Shown: in pieces, positions 1 to 11,109 of the stretch
How the letters are laid out: every line of letters starts with the position of its first letter
Numbering within the stretch: the first letter of the stretch is position 1
NCBI RefSeq assembly: GCF_001194135.2
Contig: NC_069001.1
Span: 21,938,984-22,002,983 of the forward strand
Reading direction: 5' to 3'
Length of the DNA: 64,000 nt
Origin: Octopus bimaculoides
Lineage: Eukaryota
Position numbers and translations under genes: made by a program
Notes under the pieces: model-generated
What the model saw: only the letters and a program-made list of their open reading frames with translations
What the model was told of the DNA's origin: nothing
Database searches by the model: none

Positions 1-33
<33 letters not shown>

Positions 34-47
34 TATGTATGTATATA

Positions 48-1082
48 TAATAGCTGTTGGAGCCGGCGTTGTTCGTGTTTTCCGTATTGAAGTTAAGCCC
101 ACCTCTGACCTTGTATTAAAATTCCCTACGTTCCCCGTGCCACCTATTACTGGGTCCTCTGAAATTGCAGTCAAACTTTTGGGTCTACCTCGACCCGTTG
201 AGAGTTTATTTCTCTCCCCTTAATGCCACCTTCAGTACAAAATTGATCAGCGTGTCCAATCTCTGCAAAATTCGAAGATAAGTGTTAAGGGTATGTCATA
301 AAATAGAATCCATGTGACCATTTACACGAAAATATCCCATTGACTTTTAAATTCCAATACATTATATGAATAACCGATGTTTCATATGTCGAAGCGCTTA
401 ATTTTACTCATGGATCAGCTTTCTTGAAAATCAGTTCATTATTTTATTGTGAATGAATTTTGACGATTTCTGCCTGTCACCAGTGTAATTTTAATTCTGC
501 TACATGACTCCGATCATAATGTTTATCAAAATATCAAATTTCATCAAAGTCGGATGAATTCTGTAAATCTTACAGCATAAAATATTATTCCTATGGGTAA
601 TTGCGTACAAAAAGCCTATTGATTACTTAAACTCCCCCAATCACGCGCACTTATCGAGTTTTTGTCAACTCTTCATGCTGGCAACCACTAATGCACATGA
701 ACTGAAATCACGTGTAAAATTTCTACAAAATCGATAAGAATGTCTTTAAGGAAATGCTTATTTGCATTTCTGCCTATTTTCAAGGTCTTTTGAATTAAAT
801 AAACACCTTTACTGTCTCCCCAACTACAAAATTTACCTACATCTCAAATTTCATTAAAATCAGATAAAAAATATAAAAGTTACGGCCAAAGATAACATCT
901 CTTATGGTACTTCAACGCAAAAAGCCTATAGATTTTATAAAACCACAGCTCAGGAACAATTATAGATTTTTTGTCAACGACATATACTGACATAAACTCA
1001 CTGCCATAAGCGTCGCTCACTTATCGGTTTTCAACAAAATCGGACAAACTATGCAACAGCTGCAGGAAAAATAACATCCTTA
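48..1082 (+). mobile_element. Non-autonomous Helitron-like (Lep1/DINE-like) element, cut by gap
   Basis: Starts next to (TA)n with the subterminal motif 'agccggcgttgttcgtg'. The same motif occurs at ~3460 (ctcggcgttgctcggg) and ~14160 (agccggcgttgcccggg). Internal ~310 bp-period imperfect repeats (caaatttcat.aaa.tc.gat.aa at ~536 and ~846; caaaaagccta..gatt at ~608 and ~918). Confidence 0.5.
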
Positions 1083-1764
1083 NNNNNNNNNNNNNNNNNN
1101 NNNNNNNNNNNNNNNNNNNNNNNNNNNNNNNNNNNNNNNNNNNNNNNNNNNNNNNNNNNNNNNNNNNNNNNNNNNNNNNNNNNNNNNNNNNNNNNNNNNN
1201 NNNNNNNNNNNNNNNNNNNNNNNNNNNNNNNNNNNNNNNNNNNNNNNNNNNNNNNNNNNNNNNNNNNNNNNNNNNNNNNNNNNNNNNNNNNNNNNNNNNN
1301 NNNNNNNNNNNNNNNNNNNNNNNNNNNNNNNNNNNNNNNNNNNNNNNNNNNNNNNNNNNNNNNNNNNNNNNNNNNNNNNNNNNNNNNNNNNNNNNNNNNN
1401 NNNNNNNNNNNNNNNNNNNNNNNNNNNNNNNNNNNNNNNNNNNNNNNNNNNNNNNNNNNNNNNNNNNNNNNNNNNNNNNNNNNNNNNNNNNNNNNNNNNN
1501 NNNNNNNNNNNNNNNNNNNNNNNNNNNNNNNNNNNNNNNNNNNNNNNNNNNNNNNNNNNNNNNNNNNNNNNNNNNNNNNNNNNNNNNNNNNNNNNNNNNN
1601 NNNNNNNNNNNNNNNNNNNNNNNNNNNNNNNNNNNNNNNNNNNNNNNNNNNNNNNNNNNNNNNNNNNNNNNNNNNNNNNNNNNNNNNNNNNNNNNNNNNN
1701 NNTATATGCGTGTGCGCGTATGCGGATGCATATGTGTGTTTCTGTATGTATAAATATATACATG

Positions 1765-1801
<37 letters not shown>

Positions 1802-2240
1802 GTGTGTAGGTGTATAGATGTTTGTATACTCTCATGGATATACGTTTACACACACTCACACGCGCACACACACATATACATATATACGTTTTGAAACATG
1901 AAATTCATCACAATATATTTCAACAATGCGGAAATTTTATTCATCAAAGTTAGTAACATTACAATCTACGCATTTTGCTAACGAGCTACAAGTTTGTTTA
2001 TTCCTGTAACATAAAAAAATTGGAGTATAGCGAAGAATTCAACATGTTTTAAGGGCTTATGACTTCCTATTTAGGCAGCTTCAGTGATTTCGAAGAATAA
2101 ACCTTCATAATAACAGAAATTATGAGATGCTTACCGTAGTGAACTTGTATGAGAGATGGTTCATGTCACGTGCATAATGAATATACATATACAACCTTTC
2201 GTATCTAACTACCAATTTATCAGCTTACATGCATATATAT

Positions 2241-2241
2241 A

Positions 2242-2300
<59 letters not shown>
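2241..2300. repeat. (GT)n microsatellite
   Basis: Directly visible. Confidence 0.98.
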
Positions 2301-2303
<3 letters not shown>

Positions 2304-2329
2304 CTATTTAATTATAGAAATGTAATTAT

Positions 2330-2550
2330 AATAAGGGAAACGGATCTTTTTTAAAACGGGGGCCACATTTTTCATTAACGAAACACTTTGAAACTTGGAA
2401 CACTGGTAGAATGTGTCATATAAAACATCTTTTTCTCTTAGTCTTCTTTTAAAAAAAAGAAATCCATAAGTTATTCCATGTTAAAGTTGTCGTATTTCTG
2501 TAATTTCAACCAATCACTGACGTCCATTCAGCCGATATACATTAAGTGCC
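2330..2550 (+). mobile_element. Partial copy (left arm) of the palindromic element at 25292-26033
   Basis: Shares 'acactggtagaatg.gtcatataaaacatctttt' and 'gtaatttcaaccaatcactgacgtc' with 25355-25490; truncated by a gap. Confidence 0.85.
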
Positions 2551-3442
2551 NNNNNNNNNNNNNNNNNNNNNNNNNNNNNNNNNNNNNNNNNNNNNNNNNN
2601 NNNNNNNNNNNNNNNNNNNNNNNNNNNNNNNNNNNNNNNNNNNNNNNNNNNNNNNNNNNNNNNNNNNNNNNNNNNNNNNNNNNNNNNNNNNNNNNNNNNN
2701 NNNNNNNNNNNNNNNNNNNNNNNNNNNNNNNNNNNNNNNNNNNNNNNNNNNNNNNNNNNNNNNNNNNNNNNNNNNNNNNNNNNNNNNNNNNNNNNNNNNN
2801 NNNNNNNNNNNNNNNNNNNNNNNNNNNNNNNNNNNNNNNNNNNNNNNNNNNNNNNNNNNNNNNNNNNNNNNNNNNNNNNNNNNNNNNNNNNNNNNNNNNN
2901 NNNNNNNNNNNNNNNNNNNNNNNNNNNNNNNNNNNNNNNNNNNNNNNNNNNNNNNNNNNNNNNNNNNNNNNNNNNNNNNNNNNNNNNNNNNNNNNNNNNN
3001 NNNNNNNNNNNNNNNNNNNNNNNNNNNNNNNNNNNNNNNNNNNNNNNNNNNNNNNNNNNNNNNNNNNNNNNNNNNNNNNNNNNNNNNNNNNNNNNNNNNN
3101 NNNNNNNNNNNNNNNNNNNNNNNNNNNNNNNNNNNNNNNNNNNNNNNNNNNNNNNNNNNNNNNNNNNNNNNNNNNNNNNNNNNNNNNNNNNNNNNNNNNN
3201 NNNNNNNNNNNNNNNNNNNNNNNNNNNNNNNNNNNNNNNNNNNNNNNNNNNNNNNNNNNNNNNNNNNNNNNNNNNNNNNNNNNNNNNNNNNNNNNNNNNN
3301 NNNNNNNNNNNNNNNNNNNNNNNNNNNNNTATATATACATACTTATACATATATCTTTTACTTTTTCAGCCATGAGATTGAGGTGAGACTGGGTATACAT
3401 ACATACATACATACATACATACATACATACATACACACACAC

Positions 3443-3520
3443 ACAGAAAACAGCACAGATACTCGGCGTTGCTCGGGATTAAAATGGCATAGTGTTATAT
3501 TGTTTTATTTGTTTCAGTGA
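3443..3520 (+). mobile_element. Short Helitron-like terminal fragment
   Basis: 'gatactcggcgttgctcgggatta' motif shared with the elements at 48 and 14143. Confidence 0.4.
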
Positions 3521-3526
3521 TGCGAC

Positions 3527-3790
3527 AACGGCCATGCTGGAGCACTGGCTTTAGTCGAAGAAATCGACTCTAGGATTTATTCTTTGTAAGCCTAGTACTT
3601 ATTCTATTGATGTGTTTTGCCAAACAGCTACTTAACGGGGATGTAAAGACAGCAACATGAGTTGTCAAGCGATGGTGGTAGTACAAACACACACACACAC
3701 ACAACTTTACACATATATACGTCAGTCTACTTTCAGTATCCATATAGGAAATCCACTCACAAGGCTTTGGTGAACCTGAGGCTATAGTAT
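3527..3790 (-). mobile_element. tRNA-derived SINE family B, 5'-truncated
   Basis: Reverse complement aligns to the 3' two-thirds of 42256-42651 (ggccatgctggagcac..., aagcctagtacttattctat, ccactcacaaggctttgg). Confidence 0.85.
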
Positions 3791-3840
3791 ATATATATGT
3801 ATATATGTATATATGTATATATGTATATATGTGTATATAT

Positions 3841-3895
<55 letters not shown>

Positions 3896-6275
3896 TACTC
3901 ATACATATATATACATATACACACAATATATACTAACTCAATTACATATATATATATATATATATATAAGTGTATGTTGAAGCAAAGAGGTAATATAGAA
4001 CCTAAAATTTGCGAATATACATATTGTTAATATTATTGAGTCACTCTGTTAAATATTGATATATATACACACGCGCGCGCAGACACACACACATACACAC
4101 ACGATGCTTTGCGTTTCCATTCTTAATAGTTCTATGAGCTTTGTACGTTAATATGCTAATTGCTGTGACATTTTTTTCATCGGAGAATATCTTCAACAAG
4201 CAAAATACGTTCTTAATGCATGCTGATATCCGCCATCCAATAATAAATCATTATGCGTTTGTTAATAGCAAGAATCAAAATGATGACTTACATATTAATT
4301 CTTAATACATTCCAGAGGATTCGGACGTGAATATGCTAATCATTGTTATATTACGTCATTGGAGAACACGTTTTACTTTAAGGCCAGTGTGTGTTCATAA
4401 CACATGCTTCATTAGTGTGTTACGAAAAAGATTTGAGACTTAATTTTAACTGGGTGAATAACTGTATTATAGTCTGTGCCTTGTCGAATTATGTATGTAA
4501 ATTTATACATATATGTTTGTGTGAATGTGCATTTCTGTTTTAGTGTGTAAGGCATCTGTATTTTGCATTATATTAATGTTTATATTTATGGGTATGCATT
4601 CACATTTGTACACATGAAAGTGAACTAGGATTACATCCTACTCGGATGCGAAAAATGTATCTTCAAGATATAGCACAGAGCATCACATTTCTGTTATACT
4701 CTGCAAGTGTATATTTAATCCAAAAGGCTAAAATCAAACATTTGATACAGCTCTATTAAGAGTTGTTCATGAACGCTGTCCTTCGATATTCAATCGCCTT
4801 AGTGTTGGACAGCCATGCATTATAACTTCAAATGAAAATACTGGTGCAGAAGATTTAAAGTGGTTAGATAATATGCAAGGAAAAGTCTAATATACATATA
4901 TCCACGCTTAACTACTTCTCATCCATTGAATAAACATATGGATTATACATTCATAAACAGATTTGTCATATTTCTCTGCAGCGTTCACCAGTTTCAACTT
5001 GAGGTATCTGTTTATTTTGACTGGAATCGCCATGTTCAAGGAAGGGGAAATAAGATGCTGTCAAAAGTTTCCTTTCTAAAATGCTATCAGCTGCAGAGCT
5101 GAAAAGAAAGTTGATATCTCAGTATCGTTTGTAATAATGATTATACTTGACAAAACAAATGTGTTGGTAGCAGAGAGCTGTACAGTTAGACATTCTGAAG
5201 GTAACTGTTGAATATAATTGCTACTTATATCGATTCTTGTGGCATGAAAATCTCAGGTAATCCAATATTTTCGAGTTCAGAATGCGAGAAAAATAGGAAA
5301 CACATTTGTTTAAAGAACGTGTTCGTCTTACCTATTTCCTCTCAGTGATAAATGAAATAGCGTGGATTTGGTATATATNNNNNNNNNNNNNNNNNNNNNN
5401 NNNNNNNNNNNNNNNNNNNNNNNNNNNNNNNNNNNNNNNNNNNNNNNNNNNNNNNNNNNNNNNNNNNNNNNNNNNNNNNNNNNNNNNNNNNNNNNNNNNN
5501 NNNNNNNNNNNNNNNNNNNNNNNNNNNNNNNNNNNNNNNNNNNNNNNNNNNNNNNNNNNNNNNNNNNNNNNNNNNNNNNNNNNNNNNNNNNNNNNNNNNN
5601 NNNNNNNNNNNNNNNNNNNNNNNNNNNNNNNNNNNNNNNNNNNNNNNNNNNNNNNNNNNNNNNNNNNNNNNNNNNNNNNNNNNNNNNNNNNNNNNNNNNN
5701 NNNNNNNNNNNNNNNNNNNNNNNNNNNNNNNNNNNNNNNNNNNNNNNNNNNNNNNNNNNNNNNNNNNNNNNNNNNNNNNNNNNNNNNNNNNNNNNNNNNN
5801 NNNNNNNNNNNNNNNNNNNNNNNNNNNNNNNNNNNNNNNNNNNNNNNNNNNNNNNNNNNNNNNNNNNNNNNNNNNNNNNNNNNNNNNNNNNNNNNNNNNN
5901 NNNNNNNNNNNNNNNNNNNNNNNNNNNNNNNNNNNNNNNNNNNNNNNNNNNNNNNNNNNNNNNNNNNNNNNNNNNNNNNNNNNNNNNNNNNNNNNNNNNN
6001 NNNNNNNNNNNNNNNNNNNNNNNNNNNNNNNNNNNNNNNNNNNNNNNNNNNNNNNNNNNNNNNNNNNNNNNNNNNNNNNNNNNNNNNNNNNNNNNNNNNN
6101 NNNNNNNNNNNNNNNNNNNNNNNNNNNNNNNNNNNNNNNNNNNNNNNNNNNNNNNNNNNNNNNNNNNNNNNNNNNNNNNNNNNNNNNNNNNNNNNNNNNN
6201 NNNNNNNNNNNNNNNNNNNNNNNNNNNNNNNNNNNNNNNNNNNNNNNNNNNNNNNNNNNNNNNNNNNNNNNNNNN

Positions 6276-6276
<1 letters not shown>

Positions 6277-6368
<92 letters not shown>
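6277..6368. repeat. Compound (TC)n(TA)n(TG)n microsatellite
   Basis: Directly visible. Confidence 0.97.
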
Positions 6369-6373
<5 letters not shown>

Positions 6374-6719
6374 ATGTATAACATGAGTAGCTAATTCGGA
6401 ATTGTACAACCAAAAGGTAGTAATATTTATGTTACTAAAGTGACAAAAGGCACTATTCAGCACCAGTATTGCTACAAATAGAAATCAAAGCAACTCAATA
6501 GTCACAGAAATCATTATCAGAATGACTATCAACGGATGCACGCTCCCTACATCCGCAAATATATACATATTAGCACTGTTGTGGCTATATCTGCTGCTGT
6601 AGGAAGGTCGCTTTTCTTGTCAGCCATTACGATAATGTTTTCTGTGGCTATTGAGTTGCTTTGACTTTTATTTCAAGCAATATTTCTACTGATTAGCGCC
6701 CTTAGTCGCTTTAATGACG

Positions 6720-6751
<32 letters not shown>

Positions 6752-7289
6752 TATNNNNNNNNNNNNNNNNNNNNNNNNNNNNNNNNNNNNNNNNNNNNNN
6801 NNNNNNNNNNNNNNNNNNNNNNNNNNNNNNNNNNNNNNNNNNNNNNNNNNNNNNNNNNNNNNNNNNNNNNNNNNNNNNNNNNNNNNNNNNNNNNNNNNNN
6901 NNNNNNNNNNNNNNNNNNNNNNNNNNNNNNNNNNNNNNNNNNNNNNNNNNNNNNNNNNNNNNNNNNNNNNNNNNNNNNNNNNNNNNNNNNNNNNNNNNNN
7001 NNNNNNNNNNNNNNNNNNNNNNNNNNNNNNNNNNNNNNNNNNNNNNNNNNNNNNNNNNNNNNNNNNNNNNNNNNNNNNNNNNNNNNNNNNNNNNNNNNNN
7101 NNNNNNNNNNNNNNNNNNNNNNNNNNNNNNNNATATATATATATATATATGATATAATATATATGATATAATATATGATATAATATAATATAATATAAAT
7201 AATATATATATGCATATATACATACATACATATATGTACATACATACATATATGTACATACCTGCATATATATGTATATACACATGCAT

Positions 7290-8065
7290 ATATGGGTACA
7301 GGACGTAAAAAAACGTGAACAACATGAAAAACGACCTTTTTTTCGAATAACGAAAGAAACAAATACCGAAACGAGACAGGCAACATAAAGAACAACCCCT
7401 TCAACAGTTGTCCACTGTTTTATCTACTCCAAATTTCAAACGTTAGGAAAATGCGTCTTCGTCAAAACAGTCGTTCCCGCGAAGTAAATGAAATAAAATT
7501 TGGGATTTGAGGAGGGTCAAAGTTGGTAACAAAAAGAGGATAGTTAAAACAAACGGTAAAGGCTGTTAAACCATAACGAGGTGAAGTGGTGAACGCCAGA
7601 GAAACAAGCTTCGACAGGAGACAGACAAAAATGTGTGCTGTCCCTTGTAGCGTAAGAAGGAGAAAGAAAGATAGCCGCTGGTCACGTGTGAGCAACGAGA
7701 GAGTCAAGGAGGAAGAGTGAAGAAGAGTGAGAAGAATTAAAGAAAGGGTGGGAGAGAATTTATCTGCTGCAAAATCAGTGACTGTATGTCGCTTGGTTTT
7801 CTACATATTACGAGCCTGATGGAATTACTGCTATTTCTAGTGGCTGAATATCCACCACCGAGTATAACTGTGAAGAGGTCAAAACTGCACGAAACTGGTG
7901 GTCTCATGACTAGAAAATGGTAGGCGTTCACACTCCTGCTCGAAATTTATATCGGGGGCAGATTGCGTCGAATAACCAGTGGGAGGAGGCGTCCTCCTGT
8001 GGTTAGATATAACATCAACATCGGTTTCTGCGGAGCAGATATGTTAAAGTGGCGATAAACATTAC
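7290..8065 (-). mobile_element. Decayed Penelope-like element 3' end: GIY-YIG remnant plus pLTR of the 34.6/48.3 kb family
   Basis: The minus strand has a frameshifted 'GS*YV..KTKR' GIY-YIG-like remnant (~7790-7820). A pyrimidine tract follows, then motifs shared with 34.6-35.3 kb and 48.3-49.1 kb (gtcacgtgtgag.aac, ggtgaacg, ccttca.cag.tg). Confidence 0.5.
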
Positions 8066-8089
8066 TTATGTATATATATATATATAGTC

Positions 8090-8290
8090 AATCCAAACAT
8101 GAACAAGCAAGAAAAAACAGCGAAAAACAACAACGCGAAGTCTTGGAATAAGTACAGTGATATTGAACGCTCGGGAAAGGAAAGAAAAGAAAGAGGATTT
8201 CACGTTTCGGGCGGAGGTCTTCATCAGAAATATGGAAAATGTCCAAAGAAGAGAACACTGAGAAAGAAAATCGGCAACGATACACACGCG
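8090..8290 (-). mobile_element. PLE pLTR fragment with type I hammerhead-like motif
   Basis: Minus strand: CTGATGA-a-gacctccgccc-GAAACGT...gagcGTT; homologous to 33433-33500. Confidence 0.65.
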
Positions 8291-9070
8291 GTCACACACA
8301 CACACACAGACACATATATGTATGTATGTNNNNNNNNNNNNNNNNNNNNNNNNNNNNNNNNNNNNNNNNNNNNNNNNNNNNNNNNNNNNNNNNNNNNNNN
8401 NNNNNNNNNNNNNNNNNNNNNNNNNNNNNNNNNNNNNNNNNNNNNNNNNNNNNNNNNNNNNNNNNNNNNNNNNNNNNNNNNNNNNNNNNNNNNNNNNNNN
8501 NNNNNNNNNNNNNNNNNNNNNNNNNNNNNNNNNNATATATATATGAATGTGTGTTTGTGCGTTTATATATGTATGTATGTATAACAATTCTGTATTTCTG
8601 AGATAGGGAATTTTTTACAGTATATATTATTCGGAGTGGTGTTCTCATATTGGTTGGGGATATCACTCCAACTAATACACAATATCTCTATATACACACT
8701 TATAGGCTCGTATGTGTGAGGATGTGCATATTTATCTAAAGGCATTTGTTTAAATACAAGAAAATAATTTTGTAAATGTATGCATGTATGTATATATATA
8801 CATATACTGACAGACACAGGCGCGTGCGCAAACACACACACACGCACACACACCCACACACACACACGCACATACACACTCACATGTACCCATATATACA
8901 CCTGCATACACACACACGACACACGCACACATACACACACATACACACGCGCATATATACATTGCGAACACTTTCTTTGATTACGCTTTCAATATTTTTA
9001 TATTATTCTGCAAATGTGTGTTCCTTTTTCGAGATTGGTTCCTTTCGTTTAAAAATAGATAAGGAAATAC

Positions 9071-9166
9071 CTTAAAGCCATCATAAATATACCACCCGTT
9101 TTTTTGATTGAACATATCGAAATGAGGTTTCTTCCAAAAGAGATAAACATTGCTTGAAGCAGCTAT
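9071..9166 (-). CDS. Candidate internal exon of an unidentified host gene (IAASSNVYLFWKKPHFDMFNQKNGWYIYDGFK)
   Basis: Acceptor 'tatattttccttttatgcag|' and donor 'aag|gtattt'; 96 nt, open in phase 0. No homolog recognised. Confidence 0.4.
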
Positions 9167-10130
9167 CTGCATAAAAGGAAAATATATACAAACCAGGGAA
9201 ATGAAATATAGTTTGAGCGGGGAATAGTGGTGAAAGTTGAGAGGAGTGACCGAGCGTAGGATAAAGATAATACAGTTAAGTATATATCTGTTTATCTAAA
9301 CATACACACACAGAGTCGCAAGCAACCGTATACAAAGATACACACATGCGTATGGACACATACAGGTATATAATTATGTTTACTTCTATATATGTGTGTA
9401 TAACAGCGTGCATATCTATATATATGCGCATTTGTGTAATTGAATACGTATGTGTATAACCTGTGTAGAAGTGAGAGAGTTTTGAACTGAAGAGTGATTA
9501 AGTGTGTAGAAGTATTTCGTATTTAAAACGAAAGATCGGTAAAAGATAAAGAGACTTCAACAAAGCTGCTATTAGATATATAATGTAGCGTATTCCCGGA
9601 AAATTATATTTCTCTTTTCCACCTTAAGAACGTTTGCGAAAAATCTTTATTGTCTATAATTGTTTGTGAAGTATCAATAACGCATAACTCAATTCTCGTT
9701 TTCGCTGTTAAAACAATGACTGCTATTATGGATTAGCCTGAATAAGTAAAGGCACCATTTAAAAATAGCAATACTATTACTTTAAAACTAAATTTGTTGT
9801 TTGTCAAAATCTGGGTAAATTTCTAACGGCTTGCCTCCACTTACAATGATTCGCAGTAAATACGGCCTTAATTTTCAAATTCCTACTCTGTAATTCACGT
9901 TTGAATATTTAAACACATAACAAGTTGAATAGTACCATTCTGCTGTATTTTCATGTACTGGCAGATAAGAAATTCTGTTTCCTTTTATGATTTAGAAGAT
10001 TCGCAATTGTATCACAATTGCGCTGCCTTTAGTTTAAATAAAGATATACAGAATAAACTTTGCAGAAACTTGAAAGACTTATATATAAAAGGCTAGTCTT
10101 CGGTGACATATAAAGATGAAAACATATATT

Positions 10131-10345
10131 GGTTTCAAGTTTTGGCACAAGGCCAGCAGTTTCGGGAGAGGGAGTAAATGGATTGCATCGACCTTAGTTC
10201 TCGACTAGTACTAATTTTATCGGCCTCGATTAGATGAAAGGCAAAGTTTACCTTGGCGGAATTTGAACCAAGAACGTTCAAACGGACAAAATGCCGCAAA
10301 ACATTTTTCCAGGTGTGCTAACGATTCTTCCATGTCGCTGCCTTA
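10131..10345 (-). mobile_element. tRNA-derived SINE family A
   Basis: Reverse complement matches the family A copies at 50225 and 52213 (ggcagcga..gg.agaatcgttagc...ttcaaattccgccaagg...gcctttcatc). Confidence 0.85.
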
Positions 10346-11109
10346 AGGTGAAAACACATATCAATGACACATTAGAGACTTGATTAAAATTCCTCTCTTA
10401 CTTTAGAAAAGGCGGTTCTTGAGTAGAATTGGTACAACTCTAGATTGAAACGTATTCATATTGCGAACTAAGGTATATATATATTTTTTTTAAAGCGAAT
10501 AATATATTTTCGGAATATGTATGGCTTCACAGTATGTGCATTATATTGTGTATTGAAGATCGCAAGGCATATTTTTATTTAGCTTATACAAAAACTTCCT
10601 ACATTTTTGCTTGATATGACCGCGTTAGACATCTATTGAATGAATCCAACGACAGTTAGAAATATGACGGACAAAATATATTCTTTTTTTCGGCATGGAT
10701 TAATTTAAATATTTACAACAATTAATAGAAAGTTGGATCCCCTACAAAATTTGTTCAGACATTTAGAAAATACGTATGGGATTAAAGGTATCGTAAGCGA
10801 AAAACTAAGAATAATAAATGCTACAAAATCAGTAAATCAGACCAGACCCATTTTCATGTATAGTTCAAGAATATGAAACGAGAAATGATCGCTGAATCTC
10901 TAATTTTATGTGCTTTTAACAGTTTTCTAGAGAGTTTACGCTTCCTTTATTTGTGGCGGATAGACATAAAGTCGAGTAAAATGACTTAACTTGATTTTTA
11001 TTTTACCATATGTTATTTTTGAAAACCGACGTATTATCGAGAACAACTAAAACCGAAACAACTTAAGTCGAGGTATGCTTGTATATACATATATATATAT
11101 ATATATATA

